From Gemmata obscuriglobus (GTDB lineage: Bacteria > Planctomycetota > Planctomycetia > Gemmatales > Gemmataceae), in the NCBI RefSeq assembly GCF_008065095.1, contig NZ_CP042911.1, positions 7,740,001 to 7,772,000 of the forward strand: DNA of 32,000 bases. Reading direction: 5' to 3'. The notes beneath the pieces were generated by a model. The model searched no databases, was not told where the DNA came from, and saw nothing but the letters and a program-made list of their open reading frames with translations. Position numbers and translations under genes: made by a program. Shown here piece by piece: positions 6,494 through 13,534 of this stretch (position 1 is the first letter of the stretch; every line of letters begins with the position of its first letter).

Positions 6494-8119
6494 TCACGGC
6501 TTAGGCCGCGGCGGCGGGGCGACTTCGTACCGCGGTTCGGCGTCCGCATCGGGCCGGCGCGGTTGTTCGACACCGGGGCGCGGCGGCGGCGCGGTCTCAG
6601 GCCGCGGCGCGGCGCTCACGTTGGACCGTGGTAGCGGGGCAACCTCGAGTCGCGGTTCGGCGGCACCAGACGGCCGGGGCGGCGGAGCGGACTCAAGGCG
6701 TAGCTCCGCGCCGGCACCGGGCCGGCGTGGCGGCGGCGCAATCTCGAGTCGCAGTTCGGCACCGCCGGGCCGACGTGGCGGCGGGGCCACCTCAAGCCGC
6801 GGCTCGGCGCTGCGACTTGACCGTGGTCGCGGAGCGACCTCGAACCGCAGTTCGGCGCCAGCACGTGGGCGCGGTTGCGGCGCGATCTCGAACCGCGATT
6901 CGGCACCGCCGGGCCGACGTGGCAGCGGGGCCACTTCGAGCCGCGGTTCGGTGCTGGCCCTTGAACGCGGCGGCGGGGCCACCTCGAGCCGCGGTTCGGC
7001 TTTCGCCGCGAGCGCGGCAAAGAACTCGTGGGTCGCCCGGAACTCGAGGACCGCCTTCCGCTCGGGCTCGCCGAGCAGTTCCGCGGTCCCGGTCCAGTCG
7101 ACCGCGTGCGCGACGGCCACCCCGAACGCGCGATCGTAGCGCCCGGCCTCGAAGTGGGCGAACGCCTCTCGCGTGGCGCTGTCGTGGGCCGCCCGGAACA
7201 GCCGCCCGCGCGCCTTCAGGAACCGTCCGGTGGTGGGGTCGAGTGACTTGAGCGCGAGCACCTCCCAGTCGGACCGCTTCAAGAACTCGCGCGTCGTGCC
7301 CCCGCCGGCCTTCGGTACGAGGGCACGCGCGACGAGCAGTTCAACGGACGAGTTGACCCATTCGGTCTCGGCGCGCAGCAGCACGTCGCGTGCGTCGGGG
7401 ACGGCCTCGGCCAGCGTGCGCCGGGCGAACGCCGAGCGGTTGAACGCCTCCCAGTCGCCGGGCCGAGCGGCGGACAACTCGTTCACCCGCACGCGCACCG
7501 CGTCGGCCCGCCACGCCAGTCGCGCGGCGTCGAGCCGGCTCCCGACGACGGGGCGCACCGCCGCCAGCGTTTTCGCCGGATTAATCAGAGCCTCCGCGCC
7601 TTTGAAGTCGTCCCGCGGCAGCGCGTTGTAGCGCGAGACGATGTCGTCGGCCACCGCGTCGCCCCAGCGGTCGTACTCCGCGGTCATCCCCTTGCAGAGC
7701 GACGGGTACTGCTCGAGGAGCGGCCGAACGCCGCGCAGCCCTTCCGACTTTTCAGCCTCTTCCGCCGTTGCGATCGCGAACCGCTGCTTGTACCAGTCGC
7801 GTGTGCGAACGGCTTCCCCCAGCGCCATCGCGCTTTTGAACCCGGACGGCCGCACGTCCCACCACGCGTACCCGGCGGCGCACAGGCCTACCACCGCCGC
7901 GATCAGGCGGACGGCGCCCCCCAAGTCCGGTTGTGCCACGAGCATCGCACACAGGAACAGCGGAACCAGAGCAATCCCGACTCGCGCGGGGTGCAGGTCC
8001 GTGCCGAAACCGGCCAGCCCGAACCCCTGCCACACGATCACGAACCCCACACCCACGAGTGCGACCGCAAACGGCACCTGCTGCCATCGGGAAGTAGGGG
8101 GGGGCGCGGGCGAGGACAT
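6494..8119 (-). CDS. Hypothetical membrane protein (541 aa) with about 3 N-terminal TM segments, a ~270-aa unknown domain and a C-terminal tail of ten RLEVAPPPR-type repeats
   Basis: ORF 6494..8161. ATG at 8119 is preceded by GAGG. Hydrophobic stretches: VPFAVALVGVGFVIVW, IALVPLFLCAMLVA, LIAAVVGLCAAGYAWW. Its stop lies 11 nt before the downstream ATG, so an operon is likely. Confidence 0.7.
   Translation of the reverse strand: MSSPAPPPTSRWQQVPFAVALVGVGFVIVWQGFGLAGFGTDLHPARVGIALVPLFLCAMLVAQPDLGGAVRLIAAVVGLCAAGYAWWDVRPSGFKSAMALGEAVRTRDWYKQRFAIATAEEAEKSEGLRGVRPLLEQYPSLCKGMTAEYDRWGDAVADDIVSRYNALPRDDFKGAEALINPAKTLAAVRPVVGSRLDAARLAWRADAVRVRVNELSAARPGDWEAFNRSAFARRTLAEAVPDARDVLLRAETEWVNSSVELLVARALVPKAGGGTTREFLKRSDWEVLALKSLDPTTGRFLKARGRLFRAAHDSATREAFAHFEAGRYDRAFGVAVAHAVDWTGTAELLGEPERKAVLEFRATHEFFAALAAKAEPRLEVAPPPRSRASTEPRLEVAPLPRRPGGAESRFEIAPQPRPRAGAELRFEVAPRPRSSRSAEPRLEVAPPPRRPGGAELRLEIAPPPRRPGAGAELRLESAPPPRPSGAAEPRLEVAPLPRSNVSAAPRPETAPPPRPGVEQPRRPDADAEPRYEVAPPPRPKP
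6497..7000 (-). repeat. In-frame coding tandem repeat: ~10 units of 15-18 aa (one of 24) with the core [PR]-R-[LFY]-E-[VI]-A-P-P-P-R
   Basis: Translated tail: AEPRLEVAPPPRSRAST EPRLEVAPLPRRPGGAES RFEIAPQPRPRAGAEL RFEVAPRPRSSRSAE PRLEVAPPPRRPGGAEL RLEIAPPPRRPGAGAEL RLESAPPPRPSGAAE PRLEVAPLPRSNVSAA PRPETAPPPRPGVEQPRRPDADAE PRYEVAPPPRPKP. At DNA level, cctcgagccgcggttcgg-like units recur every ~48-51 nt. Confidence 0.9.
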
Positions 8120-8337
8120 AACGAACCTCGTGAGTCGGCGCCCCGAAAGGCGCGAAAACAACTCAACAGTGGCGTCGAGGAATCAGGTGTTGCACACACA
8201 CGAGAATAGAACGCGGCCCGTCCCGCTGACCGGTGCGAAGGGCCGTTTCTGCCAAGTGCCGGCGTCAGATTCGGCTGTGCCGTCCCGGTTCGGGCGGGCC
8301 GCTGTAACGGGGGTGACATTAGCGACTGATCGCGCTC

Positions 8338-8407
8338 GACTGGTCACGGACTGGACATTCGCTGCCATCCGACGGGTCATTCGCTGGGGCACCGCTACCA
8401 CCGAATC
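8338..8407. repeat. Block of short exact matches shared, in opposite orientation, with 20517-20586
   Basis: Exact matches to the reverse complement of the partner: gactggacattcgctgcc (8349-8366 vs 20569-20586), ctaccaccgaatc (8395-8407 vs 20517-20529), gactggtcacg (8338-8348 vs 20554-20564), attcgctggg (8379-8388 vs 20536-20545). Confidence 0.85.
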
Positions 8408-8629
8408 GCGCCCCATAATCCCGGGGGCCGGTCCCAGCGCCAACCGGTTCACAAGTTGCAATATCTTATCCAGATATCACTTACAGCTAGAAATCTTAGC
8501 CCACCCAGCACCGCGTTACCAACAAAATCCGGCGCCGTGTGCGATACTCGGCGCCGAGAAAACTTCCGGAAGTCCGAATGCGGGAAATAGGGTGCGAAAG
8601 TGCCGGATGTGCCGAACGCTTCGTGCGCC

Positions 8630-8655
8630 CGACGCGGCGAGGGCTCACCGCGTCG
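8630..8655 (-). terminator. Hairpin 12 nt downstream of the DUF1080 gene stop, a candidate terminator without a clear U-tract
   Basis: CGACGCGG cgagggctca CCGCGTCG, an 8-bp stem. Confidence 0.4.
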
Positions 8656-8666
8656 GTGCCGCCCGG

Positions 8667-9431
8667 TCACTTGCCCTCGGGCTTCTTGCCTTCGAGCGGC
8701 TTGATCTCGCGAATCCAGATGTTGCGGAACTTCACCGGGTTGCCGTGGTTCTGCAAGCGGATCGGCTGCTTCAGCGGGTGCTTCTGGTAGCTCGCGGGGC
8801 GGTCGTAGTAGGTGTTCCCCTGAAGCTCGAAGTGGTTCTGCACCACCACGCCGTTATGGATCAGCGTGACGTAACCGGGCTTCAGCACCTTCACCTCTTT
8901 CGCCTGTTCATCGAACCGCGGCGCGGTGAAGACGATGTCGTAGGTCTGCCACTCGCCCGGCTTGCGGCACACGTTCACCATCGGCGGGGTCTGCTTGTAC
9001 AGGCTCGCGCACTGGCCGTCGAAGTACGTCTTGTTGTCGAACGAGTCGAGCACCTGGACCTCGTACCGGTTCGCGAGGAACACGCCGCTGTTGCCGCGGC
9101 CCTGCCCGCTGCCCTTCACCTCCTCGGGGGTGGCGAACTCGACGTGCAACTGGTAGTCGCCGAACGCGTCCTTCGTGGTAATTTCGCCGCCCTTCACAAT
9201 GGCGTAACCGTCCCGGATCTCCCACTTCTCACCCCCCTGCCATTTCGACAGGTCTTTGCCGTCGAACAGGACGGTGGCGTCGGACGGGGCGTCGCCGGGG
9301 TTCTTACCGGGCGTGACGACCGCCGGTTCCGGCCACACGACCCCGCTCTTGTACTCCTTCTGAAGGGCACCGACCGCGCCCAGCGCGGTCAGCGCGCCGG
9401 CGGACACCAGCAGCAGCGTGCGAACGTTCAT
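8667..9431 (-). CDS. DUF1080 (3-keto-disaccharide hydrolase family, concanavalin-like fold) secreted protein
   Basis: ATG 9431 gives the signal peptide [51 protein letters not shown] and [19 protein letters not shown] are the hallmark blocks of this family. Confidence 0.85.
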   Translation of the reverse strand: MNVRTLLLVSAGALTALGAVGALQKEYKSGVVWPEPAVVTPGKNPGDAPSDATVLFDGKDLSKWQGGEKWEIRDGYAIVKGGEITTKDAFGDYQLHVEFATPEEVKGSGQGRGNSGVFLANRYEVQVLDSFDNKTYFDGQCASLYKQTPPMVNVCRKPGEWQTYDIVFTAPRFDEQAKEVKVLKPGYVTLIHNGVVVQNHFELQGNTYYDRPASYQKHPLKQPIRLQNHGNPVKFRNIWIREIKPLEGKKPEGK

Positions 9432-9603
9432 CGCGGGAGAAGCTCCGATTGGGGGGACGGGCCACGGCCCTCCGGTGGGAGCGGCCGTGGTTCTCCTCTG
9501 GATTGTCGATTTGCTGCGGTCCAAAGGCAACCGGAAAGCGCAACACCTGTGCGATACCGGGTGTTACTCTGGGTGCGCTTCGACCCTCTTCCCCAGGTGC
9601 CCC

Positions 9604-10734
9604 ATGTCGAACCCGAACCGCCGGACCTTCCTCGCATCGACCGCCGTCACCACCGCCACAGCCGCCCGCCTCTCCGCGGCCGACGGCGCCGCCTTGCGCG
9701 TCGGCTTCATCGGAGTGGGCAGCCGCGGGACGGCCCTGCTCCGCAACTTCCTGGACGCGAAACTCGGCACGGTGGTCGCGGTGTGCGACCTCAAGGACGA
9801 ACACGCGAAGCGCGCCTCCGCGCTCGTCACCGGCGCCGGCCAGAAGGCGCCGACGCTGGTCGAGGACTGGAAGAAGCTGCTCGAAATGAAGGACGTGCAG
9901 GCGGTGGTGTCGGCGCTCCCGTGCGACCTGCACGCGGCCTGTTACCTCGACGCCATCGGGGCGGAGAAGGACCTGTACGGCGAGAAGCCGATGTGCCTCA
10001 CCCCGCAGGACTGCGACCGGGTGGTGAAAGCCACGGGCGCGAGCAAGCAGGTCGTCCAGATCGGGTTCCAGCGCCGCGCCGACCCGCGGTTCATCGAGCC
10101 GATGAAGCTGATCCACGAGGGCGAACTCGGGGCGCTGGTGGAGGGCCGCGTGATGTGGTCGAACTCGTGGGGGCCGCTGGGCGACTGGTTCGGCAAGAAG
10201 GCCCGCAGCGGCGACTGGATGGTGGAGCAGGCGTGCCACAACTGGGACGTCATCAACTGGGCGTGCAGGGGGCTCCCGGTGCGGGCGATGGGCATGGGGC
10301 GGGCGGGGCTGTTCAAGGCGTTCCAGCCGGACCGCGACGTTCACGACTACTACTCGGCGGTAGTCGAGTACGAGAACGGGGTGATCGTGAACATCCTGCA
10401 CTCCTGGGTCGCGCCGGGCCAGAACGGGAAGTTCACGAAGGAGTTCAACGACGAGTACACGCGGCTCAACGGCGTCAAGGCCGGGATCGACTTCAACACC
10501 GGGGTGATCGCGTACCGCAAGGAGCTGAACCTGCCGGACAAGGTGGGGCACAGCGCGAAGGGCGCGATCAACAACACCCGCCTGGGCCTCGAAGCGTTCG
10601 CCGACAGCGTGCGGACCCGCAAGGCGCCGGTGGCGACGGTCGAGCACGGCCGCGACGCGGTGCTCGCGTGCCTGCTGGTGCGCGAGGCGGTGTACCAGAA
10701 GAAGCCGATCACGATGAAGGAACTGAGGGGCTGA
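9604..10734 (+). CDS. Gfo/Idh/MocA-family NAD(P)-dependent oxidoreductase with a twin-arginine signal
   Basis: ATG 9604: MSNPNRRTFLASTAVTTATAA (Tat-like). Rossmann LRVGFIGVGSRG. LYGEKPMCL is the family EKP motif. The C-terminal alpha/beta domain is as expected for the family. Confidence 0.85.
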   Translation: MSNPNRRTFLASTAVTTATAARLSAADGAALRVGFIGVGSRGTALLRNFLDAKLGTVVAVCDLKDEHAKRASALVTGAGQKAPTLVEDWKKLLEMKDVQAVVSALPCDLHAACYLDAIGAEKDLYGEKPMCLTPQDCDRVVKATGASKQVVQIGFQRRADPRFIEPMKLIHEGELGALVEGRVMWSNSWGPLGDWFGKKARSGDWMVEQACHNWDVINWACRGLPVRAMGMGRAGLFKAFQPDRDVHDYYSAVVEYENGVIVNILHSWVAPGQNGKFTKEFNDEYTRLNGVKAGIDFNTGVIAYRKELNLPDKVGHSAKGAINNTRLGLEAFADSVRTRKAPVATVEHGRDAVLACLLVREAVYQKKPITMKELRG

Positions 10735-10744
10735 CTCTCGCCAC

Positions 10745-10779
10745 TGACATCGGGGTGTCATTGCGCGTGATGGTATACT
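10745..10779 (+). promoter_or_regulatory. TGACA-N6-TGTCA palindrome (10745-10760) followed by TATACT (10774-10779), a candidate operator and -10 element for the SRAP gene
   Basis: Read directly. TATACT lies 34 nt upstream of ATG 10813. The palindrome covers the position where a -35 element would be. Confidence 0.3.
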
Positions 10780-10812
10780 CCTTTCCACCACAACGTCGTG
10801 AGACCCCTCGAT

Positions 10813-11535
10813 ATGTGCGCACGCATTACAGCCGCTACAACCGGAGCGGAAGTCGCCGACCTGTTCGGCCTCGCCTACGACATGAGCCCGCCGAACCCGG
10901 CGGCACGGACCGGGTACAACGTCGGCCCGTCGGCCCTCGTTCCCGTCGTCCGCACGACCAACGGCCGGTGCGAGGTGACGGAACTGCGGTGGGGCCTCGT
11001 GCCGTTCTGGAACACGAACCCGAAGCACACCGGGTTCGTCAACGCCCGCGCCGAGACGGCCCCCGGCAAGCCCGCGTTCCACGACCCGTTCCGCTGGCGC
11101 CGGTGCCTGGTCCCGGCCGACGGCTTCTTCGAGTGGAAAACGGTCCGCAAACGGAAGCACCCCTATTACTTCCGCAAGGCCGGGGGCGGAACGCTCGTGT
11201 ACGCCGGCGTGTGGGACCGCTGGAAAGGGCCGAACGGGGTGGTGGAGACGTTCGCGATCCTGACCGTGCCGGCCAACGACCTCGTGAAGCCGTTCCGCGA
11301 CCGGATGCCCGCGATCCTGAGCGGGGAGCATTTCGGCGCGTGGCTCGATCCGCGCGAATCGCGGCCGTCCAAACTCCTACCATTACTCGGACCGTACCCG
11401 GTCGAGCGCATGGAGCGGTACGCGGTCGGCGATCAGGTGAACGCGACGACGGCGGACGGCCCCGACCTGCTCGCGGCCGTGCCCGAGCCGGCGGAGCCGA
11501 CCTGGACGCAGCCCGCGCTGTTCGACGCCGCGTGA
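10813..11535 (+). CDS. SOS-response-associated peptidase (SRAP / YedK / DUF159), an abasic-site DNA-protein crosslinking protein
   Basis: Starts MCARI (catalytic Cys2 after Met removal). Family blocks present: GLVPFW, NARAET, RRCLVPADGFFEW, AILTVPAN. Confidence 0.85.
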   Translation: MCARITAATTGAEVADLFGLAYDMSPPNPAARTGYNVGPSALVPVVRTTNGRCEVTELRWGLVPFWNTNPKHTGFVNARAETAPGKPAFHDPFRWRRCLVPADGFFEWKTVRKRKHPYYFRKAGGGTLVYAGVWDRWKGPNGVVETFAILTVPANDLVKPFRDRMPAILSGEHFGAWLDPRESRPSKLLPLLGPYPVERMERYAVGDQVNATTADGPDLLAAVPEPAEPTWTQPALFDAA

Positions 11536-11563
11536 TTCGCCGGGCCACAACGAGAGCGAGCGC

Positions 11564-11872
11564 ATGATTCACGTTATCGCGACGATCACCCTGAAGCCCG
11601 GCGTGCGGAAGCCGTTCCTGGACGTGTTCCGCTGGGTCACGCCGCTGGTCCGCGCGGAAGCCGGCTGCATCGAGTACCAGGCGACCGTCGACGTGCCGAC
11701 CACGATGAAAGTGCAGGACGGCCCGCACGACAACGTGGTCACGGTGGTCGAGAAGTGGGAGAGCGTCGAAGCGCTCTACGCGCACACGGACGCCCCGCAC
11801 ATGGTGGAGTACCGCGAGAAGGTGAAGGATTACGTTTCGGGTGTAAAGCTGGTGGTATCGGAGAACGCCTGA
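11564..11872 (+). CDS. ABM-domain (antibiotic biosynthesis monooxygenase / YgiN-like) protein
   Basis: 102 aa. MIHVIATITLKPG...CIEYQ...VVEKWESVEALYAHTDAPHMVEYREKV is the classic ferredoxin-like ABM pattern. Confidence 0.8.
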   Translation: MIHVIATITLKPGVRKPFLDVFRWVTPLVRAEAGCIEYQATVDVPTTMKVQDGPHDNVVTVVEKWESVEALYAHTDAPHMVEYREKVKDYVSGVKLVVSENA

Positions 11873-11891
11873 ATCCAGCCGTCTGTCGGTT

Positions 11892-11939
11892 CGCCAGTGG
11901 GTTGTCCGCGCTTACAAACAGGCGGACAACCCGCTGGCG
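11892..11939. terminator. 18-bp-stem hairpin between convergent genes, a candidate bidirectional terminator
   Basis: CGCCAGTGGGTTGTCCGC gcttacaaacag GCGGACAACCCGCTGGCG (one G.U position). It lies 20 nt after the ABM stop and 7 nt after the minus-strand gene stop. Confidence 0.5.
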
Positions 11940-11945
11940 CGCCAA

Positions 11946-13364
11946 TTACTTCCCGAGCCTGTCCAGAACGTTCTTCGTGATGCGAACGACGTTCGGATCG
12001 TTCCCGCGCAGGCCGAACGCCCAGTCCGTGGTGCCCACGGTCACCACGGTCCCGCCGCGGGTGTAGGTGCCCATCACCGCGTTCCCGGTTCGCCCCTTCT
12101 GCCACCGCTCGTACCACTCGCAATCGTCGGGGTGCCAGCGGGCCGGGGCGGTCGCGAGCACCTCGAAGCCCTTCGGGGTGCCGTCGGCGTGCGTCGGGAA
12201 CGGCACCCCGTCCTTCCAGACGAGTTCGCACCCGTCGCACTCGTACCCCACCACCTTGTAACCTGGCAGCTTCGCGCCGAACGCGTCGCCGCGCTTCAGA
12301 TTCGTTCCCGCGAACAGCCAGTGCTCGGGTCGGTGCGCGGTGAACGCGCCGCTGCCGTCCATGAACTGCTCGTGGCTGCGGTGGTACCCGCCCCACAGGA
12401 ACCCCACCCCGGTCAGCGTGTTCTCGGGGCGGTTCACGAGGTAATGACTCCAGAGCGAGGTGAGCGTTTTGTGGTCGCTGCTCTTGTACACGGGGTCGTC
12501 GCCGAACGACTGCTTCCAGCACGCCAGCGCACGCCCCTCCTCTTCGGTGCGCACCTGCCAACAGCAGGTGTTCCCACTGAAGAACGCGACGTTCCCGCCG
12601 TTCTCGATGTACTTCTCCACGGCGTCGCGCATCGGCGCGGACCAGTACTCGTCGTGCCCGACGCTCAGCACGAGCTTGTAGTGTTTCAGGATCTCGGGGT
12701 GAAACTGGAGGTCGAGGTTTGTGCAGTAGTCGAGCGCGTACCCGGACTTCTCGGCCCACCGGACGAACGGCTCTTCCCAGCGCGGGAATTGCGAAAACTG
12801 CGGCCGGTCGAAGGAGACGCGGCGCCCCTGAACCTTGTGCCGCCCGTGGTACGCGTACAGGCTGTACCCGGCCCAGTTCGTGTACGCGTTATAGGTGTTG
12901 GTCGCGAGTTGGATGAGTATGTTCGTGTCACGCCCCGGGCGCCGCGGGCGGAGCACGAAGAACGCGTCCGCGAGATCGACGTTCGGCCCCTTCGTGCTAC
13001 CGAACGTGACGGCGTAGTAGCCGCTGCTCCAATTGGTGGTGTGGATCGTGAGCCCCACCGGCCAGCGGCACCCGCGCGCGGACGCGTCCTTCGGGATGTC
13101 GTACGGGCGAGGATTCTCGACCATGCCGCTCGCGACCTCTTCCTTCGTCGCACCGAGCCGGAACACCTTGTACCAGTACGAATCGCCCTGACACGACAGG
13201 CGCACCTTCACGTCCTCACCGGCGGCGTAGCTCTGGGGCATCGCGTAGGCTTCGATCAGCGGCCGCCGGGGTTGCTGCGCCCCGGCGTGGCCTGTCAACG
13301 AGGCGCCAAGAGCGGCCACGGAACCGGCACGGAGGACGGTGCGGCGGTTAACGGATTCGTTCAT
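11946..13364 (-). CDS. N,N-dimethylformamidase beta-subunit-like domain protein with a Tat-like signal
   Basis: ATG 13364 gives MNESVNRRTVLRAGSVAALGASLTGHAGA. LATNTYNAYTNWAGYSLY matches the NTY.AYN.WGG.SLY block I associate with this family. The function of homologues outside true DMFases is unknown. Confidence 0.65.
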   Translation of the reverse strand: MNESVNRRTVLRAGSVAALGASLTGHAGAQQPRRPLIEAYAMPQSYAAGEDVKVRLSCQGDSYWYKVFRLGATKEEVASGMVENPRPYDIPKDASARGCRWPVGLTIHTTNWSSGYYAVTFGSTKGPNVDLADAFFVLRPRRPGRDTNILIQLATNTYNAYTNWAGYSLYAYHGRHKVQGRRVSFDRPQFSQFPRWEEPFVRWAEKSGYALDYCTNLDLQFHPEILKHYKLVLSVGHDEYWSAPMRDAVEKYIENGGNVAFFSGNTCCWQVRTEEEGRALACWKQSFGDDPVYKSSDHKTLTSLWSHYLVNRPENTLTGVGFLWGGYHRSHEQFMDGSGAFTAHRPEHWLFAGTNLKRGDAFGAKLPGYKVVGYECDGCELVWKDGVPFPTHADGTPKGFEVLATAPARWHPDDCEWYERWQKGRTGNAVMGTYTRGGTVVTVGTTDWAFGLRGNDPNVVRITKNVLDRLGK

Positions 13365-13442
13365 CGGCGGGCACCGATTAAGTGACGGTGGGGTGCCGCG
13401 CAGTGTACCGGCGTGAGGGGACTTCGGGCAAACGATTCCCGC

Positions 13443-13454
13443 GGTCCGCGGACC
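13443..13454. promoter_or_regulatory. Perfect 12-bp palindrome GGTCCGCGGACC in a divergent promoter region
   Basis: Read directly. It lies between the starts at 13364 (-) and 13535 (+). Confidence 0.3.
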
Positions 13455-13534
13455 GGATCTTTGGAACGGCACTTGCAAAACCCCTAACCGCCCTGCCTTG
13501 GGCGATTCGCCCTCGACACCCGTGAGATTCAACC

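Noticed and set aside
6494-6497. 4-nt overlap of the two orphan genes implied by the ORF-track start at 6497
   Set aside because: That start is GTG. An ATG 15 nt downstream (6482) gives a canonical signal peptide and sits 9 nt after GAGGAA. I therefore call an 11-nt gap rather than an overlap.
4911-7139. 742-aa plus-strand ORF
   Set aside because: It is antisense to the 4455..6482 and 6494..8119 genes. Its translation is RG-rich low-complexity sequence that simply mirrors the tandem repeat. The minus-strand products have signal and TM segments and normal composition.
8560-8625. Superficial resemblance of ggaagtccgaatgcgggaaatagggtgcgaaagtgccgg to RNase P RNA conserved regions
   Set aside because: Only a few short words match. 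The GAGGAAAGUCCGGGC-type core and the required ~350-nt architecture are absent.
7641-11567. 1308-aa ORF on the plus strand, the longest in the track
   Set aside because: It crosses five better-supported genes on both strands, is extremely Arg/Gly/Pro-rich with no recognisable domain, and spans clear intergenic sequence. This is a typical stop-codon-poor shadow frame in GC-rich DNA.
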